Program-made: the position numbers and the translations under genes
Assembly (NCBI RefSeq): GCF_018350175.1
Contig: NC_058376.1
Coordinates: 14,198,001-14,262,000 of the forward strand
Length of the DNA stretch: 64,000 nt
Source of the DNA: Felis catus
Lineage: Eukaryota
Reading direction: 5' to 3'
The notes under the pieces: model-generated
The model's input: only the letters and a program-made list of their open reading frames with translations
Database searches by the model: none
Told to the model about the DNA's origin: nothing
Shown here: positions 54,032 to 64,000 of the stretch, in pieces
Layout: each line of letters opens with the position of its first letter
Numbering within the stretch: position 1 is the stretch's first letter

Positions 54032-54322
54032 NNNNNNNNNNNNNNNNNNNNNNNNNNNNNNNNNNNNNNNNNNNNNNNNNNNNNNNNNNNNNNNNNNNNN
54101 NNNNNNNNNNNNNNNNNNNNNNNNNNNNNNNNNNNNNNNNNNNNNNNNNNNNNNNNNNNNNNNNNNNNNAGGGGCAGAGTGAGAAAGAGACACGGAATCT
54201 GAATCAGGCTTCAGTCTCCAGGCTGTCAGCACAGAGCACTACACGGGGCTCGAACTCACAAACCATAAGATCATCACCTGAGCTGAGGTTGGACACTTAA
54301 CCAACTAGCCACCCAGGCACCC
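54032..54322 (-). mobile_element. Can-SINE, paralogous duplicate of 42330-42564 (tail in N gap 54032-54169)
   Basis: Same flanks (catatggaaca / cagacaacta) and shared diagnostic bases (aagatcatcacctgagctgaggttgg). Confidence 0.88.
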
Positions 54323-56139
54323 TCAGACAACTATCTTTAAGGTGTGAAATTTGAGACTCTCTTAGTCCAAGAATATTGGAGATTTTCGGGTTGAATGGAA
54401 TGAGAATATTGCGATACTATATTGAATTTTTTTATAACTTCTAAATGGCACAACAACATTTCAACACGGTTTTGTTCTAATGCATTTTTTAATTGGACAA
54501 ATACTGATGGAATTCAAATTATGTGCAAGGCTGTACTTTCTCTGGAAAGAAGGGTGCACAGAATAAGAGACTTTTTTTCCCTGCCATTATGCATCTGTAT
54601 TCAGAAACCTGAATGGAAAAGTACTAGAAATAATGCAATAGAGCTAGAAAACTTTTTCAATAGGTCAGGAGTATTGTGAGAAGAAAGAGGGTGTTAGAAA
54701 AGCAAAGTGTGTATTCTAGGGATTTTGTGCATTAGAGCTTATAGTTGTGAATTTCAACAATGGTAGAAAAATAGCGAAAATTAAGCTAAAGAACAATTGT
54801 AGTGGGTATTTTCCTTAATTTCTTTTAGTTTTCCTTAAATTTTCCTTAAATTTGTTTTAAGGGATGAATCACAGCAGAGGGATCACATACCCCAGACTAA
54901 AAGTAGTAGGAAATACTTTCAACTGAAGGAGAAATGTCTACTAAGGAAAGATCACAGGAAAGGAAATCAGCAGTTTTATGAAATTCCCGTTTGAAAGGAT
55001 TCAGGAAAAGACTGGATGTTCCACATTTCTTTGATGATGGGAAATTTTAGCGAGGAGTAGAAATAATGATTTTCCTGAGTTTATACACCCTTCCAGCTTG
55101 GATTTTATAGTTGTCACAGTAAAAAGTAATGCAAATTTTGGATTCATAAAATGGTGATTGATGTAAAGCATAGACAACCAAGAAGAGCAGAATATCCCAA
55201 GAAACAACCATGCAAANNNNNNNNNNNNNNNNNNNNNNNNNNNNNNNNNNNNNNNNNNNNNNNNNNNNNNNNNNNNNNNNNNNNNNNNNNNNNNNNNNNN
55301 NNNNNNNNNNNNNNNNNNNNNNNNNNNNNNNNNNNNNNNNNNNNNNNNNNNNNNNNNNNNNNNNNNNNNNNNNNNNNNNNNNNNNNNNNNNNNNNNNNNN
55401 NNNNNNNNNNNNNNNNNNNNNNNNNNGAATGATTGGATAAAGTGTTTAGTTAAGAAAAAAAGGAAGTATTTGGAATTAGATACCAATAAAGAGAGAATAT
55501 AGAGATGTTAGATTCAAACCAAGGTTGCTAGATCTCAACACTATTGGCATTGTACAGCAGAAGTTCCAGTGTTGTTGGGCTTTGTTCTGATGGCTGGAAT
55601 TAGCATCTTCCCTCGTTTATCACACATGGAACTAGTAGGTATCTGCAGTAGGTATCTGGGGGTGAGCAGGCAGAAAAAATTTGCAATGATTTCAGAAGGG
55701 AGATGGGAGTTATTTCCTTCCCTATGGGGACAGGTAGATAGCTTAGGAAAGAGGAGATAATAAGAGGACAAAATTTTCCTAAATGTCCCTCAATGATGAT
55801 ACATAAGGTAAATTAAATGACAGTGAGTTGTGAAGGTGGGTACCAGTTTTACATATGGCCCATGATTCTAGTGAGAGATTCTTTGGCAGAACAAATTAAA
55901 TGCTGTTCTTTAAATATAACTGGAGACTCCAACAGAATGAAGTCATATTTCCCAAGACTTTTATTGATTGTTGACAGTGAGTGGCATACCAGAAGTGCTT
56001 ACATATTTGTTGGGTATGTCAGGGGATGAATGGTATGTTCTGCCAATTACTGACAGTATATAAAGGTCCAAGGCTAGTAGAAGACACACAGTTCACCACA
56101 TCCTCTCACAACCCACGTGAAATCTCTTCTTTTGACAAG

Positions 56140-56403
56140 ATGTGTTGCAACTATGGCAACTCCTGTGGCTATGGCTGCGGATATGGCTACGGCTGTGGCT
56201 ATGGCACCAGATATGGCTGTGGCTGTGGCTATGGGCCCTATTATGGCTGTAGTTATGGACCTGGATATGGCTGTGGATATGGCTGTGGATACGGCTCCTG
56301 CTGTGGCTATGGCACCAGATATGGCTGTGGCTGTGGCTATGGCTCTGGTTGCTGTGGCTACCGGCCATTTTGGTATAGAAGATGTTATTCTTCTTGCTGC
56401 TAG
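56140..56403 (+). CDS. KRTAP21: KRTAP21-like copy 7 (87 aa, class A)
   Basis: Same protein as copy 5 plus a 10-aa insertion; TATA 56057; AATAAA 56686. Confidence 0.92.
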   Translation: MCCNYGNSCGYGCGYGYGCGYGTRYGCGCGYGPYYGCSYGPGYGCGYGCGYGSCCGYGTRYGCGCGYGSGCCGYRPFWYRRCYSSCC

Positions 56404-59400
56404 AACATCACTGTCCAAGAAACATTTGCTTCTGAAGTGGCACGGCTTAAGGGAGGGCTGATTCATTGATTTATATCCCAAGATTTCTATATCCAAAAAG
56501 TTGGATGCTTTTGGGAATTTGTGACCTCAAGTTAGCATTTGTATGAAGGCATCCTGTGGCTGAAGGCTATGTGGTATCCTCTGACGATTTTCCAAATGTT
56601 AGCCTTTACTTCCCTAATCTGGGTTCTTTGTTGAGACTGTGGCAACATATCTAAAATCCCACAATTAGGCAAATCCCTTATTCTCAATAAAAATGTTTCA
56701 TTTTTTTCCAACAAATCTTTGTGTTCTTGCTTGTCAATGACTCCTTTCTGAGGTCTTATGTTATCTTTTGAATCTTGGGCAACAATATATTTCATGAACC
56801 TGGGTCTCTTCCTAGATATAATATAAGCATTTCTTCTCTTATGTGCATCAGAGATAATATCTTCACCTATTTCTTGTATCCATAACTCCTCAACATAAAT
56901 CACACTGTGTAAGGAGTATGTCCTTGAGATAACACTGTATCTAGATTGGAGCTGAAGGCTGGAGGGGTAAGAGGAGGAGTTAGGACACCTCTTCGGGAAG
57001 TTGTGACACAAGCTCAAGAGGGAGGAAGTATGGCATGAGTGCTTCAAGGATGAAAGAAATTGAAGAGAGAATTTTTGGGATTAATGAGAAATTGGGAGCT
57101 GCCTCTGCTGAGATATAAAATAGTAAGGAAATGAGAAGCAAGAGAATAATGTGGTATTGTAACATCTGCATTTTTATGGAAGTGCAAATACATTTGTTGG
57201 CATATATTGAGTTTGAGTAAATTGATTTAAGTCAATTAATTGACAAATCGTTTTGAATGTTTTTGAAAGGGAACTGTCTTACACCCTGAAGGCACAGTAG
57301 AAAAGTTATAGGTGAATTTCTTGCTCTCAGAGTGGTTCCATTCTTGTAGGTTAATAAAAAAAAAAAAGAAGAAGGATTAATCAGATAAATGTAGAGAGAT
57401 AATTCCTATGGTGTGAATAACATAGCATCCTTGGGAAGAGAGTGCAGGTTTAAGCTCTGGAGAATTAATTGAAGGAGGTTTTTTGACATTTTGTGTCAAA
57501 TGAACTGATGTTACTTTCAAGAAAATACTAGAAATACAGTTGTAAAGGGGAAAGAGAAAATCATGAAGTTTTGGGTATGATCAGTGGTGCCCCAATTTTT
57601 AGTGCAAAAGAACAATGGCTAGTGCCTTAAATGGGCTGTCTTTGTGTGGGGCAGAAATAGAATGAGATTAATAGTTCCAGATTGATTTTCTAAGTTTGAT
57701 AGCTTACTACTTTGTTGGATTCTGATTTCAGTGTGCTTCTCACTTATGCCTTTACAGACCTCTAACATTTATATCCTACAACAAAAAAAGTCTTTCAGAC
57801 ACAATTTCAACCAGCAGAATAAAAGACTCAATGTCTCATCTCCATGACAGGGGTCACTGCACAAAATCTGGGTCTGAGAACCCTTGGTCCTGGAGACTCC
57901 ACCACATGGCCAATTCCAGGGAAGATGGCTCTGCCATTAAGGTCAGTCCTGGAGGGAAACTACACCCAGGATATAATGTGTCTTACTGATGAGGAAAGAG
58001 ATGTTCTTTCAAGAGCTGGACAATTCTCACAGATGGAACATCTGTAAGTCATTTCTGAAGACTGACTGTGTTCTGGATAAATCAGAGGTGAGAAAATTGT
58101 ATACACAGGGAGAGTCAATTCCAATCATTACAGTTTGTTGAACATCTAACTTATGGTTTCATTAGGTTCATTTTCATTGAACACTACCTGAAAGAAGGCA
58201 GAATAGTATTCATTAGGCACCTATCTCATACGTTCTATTTCTAGTAAAGGGTTTATCATTTATTAGGCATATGAGGCAACTTGTATATCTGTAGAAATGA
58301 CTTTGAAAACTAACAGATATCTTCACAAGGTGAAATTTGTGACTGTTTTAGCCATGAACATTTGGGACTTTCGGCTTGAATGAATTGAGAACATTATGAC
58401 CTGTATCCACATTCTTATAGATTCTAAGTGATACCAACGTTTGAACATGTTTTTTTTTTTAATGTGTCTGTTTGTTATTGGCAGAAATATTGAGTTGAGA
58501 TTATGTGCCAGGCACTATGCTTAGAACTAACCGATGATTCAAGGACACACAGAAGAAAAGATCTTTTCCTGCCATTAAACATCAGTGTCCCGAGCTCTTA
58601 ATGGAAGTGTATAGAAATAAGGCAATAAAGATAGGAAGTGTTTTTCAATAGTTTGTGGGCATTGTGACCAGAGAGTGGCTGTTTAAAAAGTATCATGCCT
58701 ATTCCAGGGAACTCATGCATTGGAATTTATGGTTTTGTATTTCAATAATGATGGAAAAGTAAGAAAATTAAAGGTAAAGAACATTTGTAAGGGGATATAT
58801 ATGTTTTAAATTTGTTGTTAGGGACGAAGCATAGTGGAGTGATCAGAACCCATAAGCAATGTTAGAAAAAAAAACAGTAGGAAATATTCTCAACCGGAGG
58901 AAAAATAATAATGAAACTTCTCCGAAAAGGAAATCAGCAGTTTTATTAAAATCCCTGTGGAAGTCATTCAATAAAGGACTGGATGACACTCATTTCTTGG
59001 TGTTGAAATTTGAGTGTGGAGTAGAAGAAATGATACCTGAATTTGTACTCATTTCCAACTAGGATTTCATAGTTGTCACAGTGAAAAGTAATTTAAATTT
59101 TGGAATCTGCCTGGATATGAACATAGTGACCTAGACAATGTAGATAAGCAAAAATATCACAAACAAACAAACAAACAAACAATATCCCCCCTCCCCACCA
59201 CTTTATGTCTGGTGAGTGAAAGGTTGGAGTTTCAGTTTAGTTGAGAAGAAAGGGAATATTTGTCCTTAGACACTAGTAAAGAGAGAATCTCATTTATAGA
59301 TGTGAGGCTACAAAGCTAGGTTTCTTGATCTCAGCACTTTTGCCATTTGACATGAGGAATTTCAATGATGTTGAGGGCTATTCTGTTTCCTGAAATGGGC

Positions 59401-59922
59401 ATCATCCTAGGTTTTACCACACAGAGCCAGTAGGTATCTGCGGCAGGTATGTGGGTGCAAGAAGCCTGGTAAAATGTTGCAATGATTCCAGAAAGGAGAT
59501 GAATTTTTCTTTCCTTATGGACAGAGGTAGATGTTTTACAAGTGTGGAGAGATCAAGAAGGAGAAAATTTTCCTAAAAACCCCTCAGCCTTCTTATTAAA
59601 TGATTGAAGAGTGTGAACATGGAGTTTGGTTTTACTTAGAGTCCATGATTCTACTAAGAAATGTTTTTTGGCAGAATGAAATAAAATGCTGTTTTTAATA
59701 AACCTGGAGTCTCCTTAATAATGAGCTCACGTTGCCCAAGACATTGTTGATTGTTGACAGTGACTGGCACAGCACAGTTGCTTACATATTTGTTGGGTAA
59801 GTCAGAGGATGAGTGACATGCTCTGCTAATTACTGACAGTATATAAGGGTCCAAAGCAAGTAGAAGACACGCACTTCACCACATCCTCTCATAACCCACG
59901 TGAATTCTCTTCTCTTGGCAAG

Positions 59923-60144
59923 ATGTGTTGCAACTACGGCAACTCCTGTGGCTATGGCTGCGGATATGGCTATGGCTGTGGATGCAGTCCCTATTATGGC
60001 TGTGGCTATGGCCTGCGTTATGGCTGTGGCTATGGCTCCTGCTGTGGCTATGGCACCGGATATGGCTGTGGCTATGGCTATGGCTCCAACTGTTGTGGCT
60101 ACCGGCCATTTTTCTATAGAAGATGTTATTCCTCTTGCTGCTAG
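59923..60144 (+). CDS. KRTAP21: KRTAP21-like copy 8 (73 aa, class B)
   Basis: Intact ORF; TATA 59840; AATAAA 60427. Confidence 0.92.
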   Translation: MCCNYGNSCGYGCGYGYGCGCSPYYGCGYGLRYGCGYGSCCGYGTGYGCGYGYGSNCCGYRPFFYRRCYSSCC

Positions 60145-60580
60145 AACATCACTGTCCAAACCCCACTTTTTCTGAAATGACACGTCTTAAGAGAAGACTC
60201 ATTCAAGGATCTATACCCCAAGATTTATATATTGGGAACACTTTATGTGTCATACAAGATTTGACCTCCAGTAACATTTGTGGCATGTTATCTTGCGAAT
60301 TGAGGCTATGGAGTATCATCTAACAGTTTTCCAAAAAGTGTTGGCCTTACTCCCTTAATATGGATTCTGTGACGTGACTGTGGTGAGGATCTGAACATCC
60401 CACATTTGGGCAAATCCCTTATTCTCAATAAAAATGTTTCATTATTTCCATCAAATGTCTCTGTTCTTTCTTGTGAAAGCCTCCTTTCATGAGGTGCTAT
60501 GGCCTCTCTTGAACATTGGGCTGACAATATATTCCGTGTACCCGGGTCTCTTTCTTGATATAATACAAGCATTTATTCTC

Positions 60581-63500
60581 TTTTTTTTCCCATCCATTTT
60601 TTTAATTGGAAATTTATTGTCAAATTGGTTTTCCATACAACACCCAGTGTTCATCCCAAAAGTTGCCTTCCTCAATACCCATCACCCACCCTCCCCTCCC
60701 TCCTACCCCCCACCAACCCTCAGTTTTTTCTCAATTTTTAAGAGTCTGTTATGCTCTGGCTCTCTCCCTCTCTAACCTCTTTTTTGTCTCTTCCCCTCCT
60801 CCATGGACTTCTGTTAAGTTTCTCAGGATCCACATAAGAGTGAAAACATATGGTATCTGTCTTTCTCTTTGTGACTTATTTCACTTAGCATAACACTCTC
60901 TAGTTCCATCCATGTTGCTGCAAAAGGCCATATTTCATTCTTTCTCATTGTCAAGTAGTATTCTATTGTGTATATAAACCACAATATCTTTATCCATTCG
61001 TCAGTTGATGGACATTTAGGCTCTTTCCATAATTTGGCTATTGTTGAGAGTGTTGCTATAAACATTGGGGTGCAAGTGCCCCTATGCATCAGCACTCCTG
61101 TATCCCTTGGGTAAATTCCTAGAAGTGTTATTGCTGGGTCATAGGGTAGGACTATTTTTAATTTTTTGAGGACCTCCGCACACTTTTCCAGAGCGGCTGC
61201 ACCAGTTTGCATTCCCACCAATGGTGCAAGAGGGTTCCCATTTCTCCACATCTTCTCCAGCATCTATAGTCTGCTGATTTGTTAATTTTAGCCACTCTGG
61301 CTGGCGNNNNNNNNNNNNNNNNNNNNNNNNNNNNNNNNNNNNNNNNNNNNNNNNNNNNNNNNNNNNNNNNNNNNNNNNNNNNNNNNNNNNNNNNNNNNNN
61401 NNNNNNNNNNNNNNNNNNNNNNNNNNNNNNNNNNNNNNTCTTCTCTGGATTATTTGTTTTTTGGGTGTGGAGTTTGGTGAGCTGTTTATAGATTTTGGAT
61501 CCTAGCCCTTTGTCTGATATGTCATTTGCAAATATCTTTTCCCATTCCATTGGTTGCCTTTTAGTTTTGTTGAGTGTTTCCTTTTCTGTGCATAAGCTTT
61601 TTATCTTCATGAGGTCCCAATTGTTCATTTTTGCTTTTAATTCCCTTGCCTTTGGAGATGTATCAAGTAAGAAATTACTGCGGCTGAGGTCAGAGAGGTC
61701 TTTTCCTGCTTTCTCCTCTAGGGTTTTGATGGTTTCCTGTCTCACATTCAGGTCCTTTATCCATTTTAAGTTTGTTTTTGTGAATGGTGTAAGAAAGTGG
61801 TCTAGTTTCATCCTTCTGCATGTTGCTGTCCAGTTCTCCCAGCACCATTTGTTAAAGAGACTGTCTTTTTTCCACTGGATATTCTTTCCTGCTTTGTCAA
61901 AGATAAGTTGGCCATACTTTTGTGGGTCTAGTTCTGGGGTTTCTATTCTATTCCATTGGTCTATGTGTCTGTTTTTGTGCCAATACCATGCTGTCTTGAT
62001 GATGACAGCTTTATAGTAGAGGCTAAAGTCTGGGATTGTGATGCCTCATGCTTTGGTCTTCTTCTTCAAAATTACTTTGGCTATTTGGGGCCTTTTGTGG
62101 TTCCATACAAATTTTAGGATTGCTTGTTCTAGCTTTGANNNNNNNNNNNNNNNNNNNNNNNNNNNNNNNNNNNNNNNNNNNNNNNNNNNNNNNNNNNNNN
62201 NNNNNNNNNNNNNNNNNNNNNNNNNNNNNNNNNNNNNNNNNNNNNNNNNNNNNNNNNNNNNNNNNNNNNNNNNNNNNNCCTTCATAAGCTTTCTATAGTT
62301 TTCAGCATACAGATCTGTTACATCTTTGGTTAGGTTTATTCCTAGGTATTTTATGCTTCTTGGTGCAATTGTGAATGGTATCAGTTTCTTTATTTGCCTT
62401 TCTGTTGCTTCATTATTAGTGTATAAGAATGCAACTGATTTCTGTACATTGATTTCGTATCCTGCGACTTTGCTGAATTCATATATCAGTTCTAGCAGAC
62501 TTTTGGTGGAGTCTATTGGATTTTCTATGTATATCATGTCATCTGCAAAAAGTGAAAGCTTAACTTCATCTTTGCTAATTTTGATGCCTTTGATTTCCTT
62601 GTGTTGTCTGATTGCTGATGCTAGAACTTCCAACACTATGTTAAACAACAGCAGTGAGGGTGGACATCCCTGTCATGTTCCTGATCTCAGGGAGAAAGCT
62701 TTCAGTTTTTCCCCACTGAGGATGATATTAGCTCTGGGTTTTCATAAATGGCTTTTATGATGTTTAAGAATGTTCCTTCTATCCCGATTTTCTTGAGGGT
62801 TTTTATTAAGAAGGGATGCTTTATTTTGTCAAATGCTTTTTCTGCATCGATTGACAGGATCATATGGNNNNNNNNNNNNNNNNNNNNNNNNNNNNNNNNN
62901 NNNNNNNNNNNNNNNNNNNNNNNNNNNNNNNNNNNNNNNNNNNNNNNNNNNNNNNNNNNNNNNNNNNNNNNNNNNNNNNNNNNNNNNNNNNNNNNNNNNN
63001 NNNNNNNNNNNNNNNNNNNNNNNNTTGCATCCATATTCGTCAGGGATATTGGCCTGTAGTTCTCTTTTTTTACTGGGTCTCTGTCTGGTTTAGGAATCAA
63101 AGTAATACTGGCTTCATAGAATGAGTCTGGAAGTTTTCCTTCCCTTTCTATTTCTTGGAATAGCATAGAAGGATAGGTATTATCTCTGCTTTAAATGTCT
63201 GGTAGAACTCCCCTGGGAAGCCATCTGGTCCTGGACTCTTATTTGTTGGGAGATTTTGATAACTGATTCAATTTCTTCAGTGGTTATGGGTCGGTTCAAG
63301 CTTTCTATTTCCTCCTGATTGAGTTTTGGAAGAGTGTGGGTGTTTAGGAATTTGTCCATTTCTTCCAGGTTGTCCAATTTGTTGGCATATAATTTTTCAT
63401 AGTATTCCCTGATAATTGTTTGTATCTCTGAGGGATTGGTTGTAATCATTCCATTTTCATTCATGATTTTATCTATTTGGGTCATCTCCCTTTTCTTTTT

Positions 63501-64000
63501 GAGAAGCCTGGCTAGAGGTTTGTCAATTTTGTTTATTTTTTCAAAAAAACAACTCTTGGTTTCGTTGATCTGCTCTACAGTTTTTTTAGATTCTATATTG
63601 TTTATTTCTGCTCTGATCTTTATTATTTCTCTTCTTCTGCTGGGTTTAGGCTGCCTTTGCTGTTCTGCTTCTAGTTCCTTTAGGTGTGCTGTTAGATTTT
63701 GTATTTGGGATTTTTCTTGTTTCTTGAGATAGGCCTGGATTGCAATGTATTTTCCTCTCAGGATTGCCTTCGCTGCATCCCAAAGCGTTTGGATTGTTGT
63801 ATTTTCATTTTCGTTTGTTTCCATATATTTTTAAATTTCTTCTCTAATTGCCTGGTTGACCATTCATTCTTTAGTAGGGTGTTCTTTAACCTCCATGCCT
63901 TTGGAGGTTTTCCAGACTTTTTCCTGTGGTTGATTTCAAGCTTCATAGCATTGTGGTCTGAAAGTATGCATGGTATAATTTCAATTCTTGTATACTTATG
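60581..64000 (-). mobile_element. Felid L1 (LINE-1): 3'UTR plus disrupted ORF2 (RT and C-terminal region), running off the window
   Basis: ORF2 peptides in several frames ([26 protein letters not shown] motif, CWRRCGE, TLSTIAKLWKEPKCPS); frameshifts, stops and N gaps; T-rich tail at 60581. Confidence 0.96.

Larger units (their letters stand above)
31830..60580 (+). repeat. Tandem array of eight ~4-kb KRTAP gene units with three spacer types (higher-order repeat)
   Basis: ATG spacings 3961, 4027, 4046, 4011, 3720, 4182 and 3783 bp; spacers align along their whole length, including embedded L2-like and half-MER20 fossils. Confidence 0.95.

Noticed and set aside
32076-56139. N-terminal extensions in the ORF track (32076, 44068, 48079, 55981)
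   Set aside because: These starts lie upstream of the TATA box; the family-typical start is MCCNY.
32143-60183. Overlapping ORFs on the KRTAP genes (HSHSHS, ATAIAT, MAVAMA, LWLWLW peptides)
   Set aside because: Shadow frames of the GGCTAT/GGCTGT hexamer repeats, which lack stops in most frames; no promoter or polyA support for them.
13966-63166. Long ORFs containing X runs
   Set aside because: Artefacts of N gaps, apart from the flanking L1 ORF2 peptide fragments.
60823-63946. Active L1 ORF2
   Set aside because: Split across frames by several frameshifts and stops, so not retrotransposition-competent as assembled.
1-64000. CRISPR arrays, prokaryotic systems, true tRNA/rRNA genes
   Set aside because: The DNA is mammalian; tRNA-like A/B boxes belong to Can-SINE heads and the periodic repeats are KRTAP coding repeats or microsatellites.

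Overview
Mammalian, AT-rich, CpG-poor genomic DNA from a feliform carnivore, most likely a felid: it carries cat-type Can-SINEs, a felid-type L1 and draft-assembly N gaps. The window is part of a high-glycine/tyrosine keratin-associated protein (KRTAP) cluster. The left half (1-27 kb) holds three old, dead KRTAP21-like pseudogenes among SINE, L1, L2, MIR, MLT1 and MER45 fossils. The right half (32-60.5 kb) is a head-to-tail array of eight intact single-exon KRTAP21-like genes in ~4-kb units. Each gene has a TATA box 83-86 bp upstream of the ATG and an AATAAA ~275-285 bp after the stop. The spacers fall into three types (order X Y Z X Y Z Y Z, a ~12-kb three-gene higher-order repeat) with signs of gene conversion and unequal crossover. 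All seven downstream units share a ~3.2-kb deletion that truncates a MER20. A disrupted antisense L1 ends the window. I found no new class of biological system; the notable biology is a probably lineage-specific, recently recombining KRTAP21 expansion. Repeat family names are by eye and boundaries are approximate.
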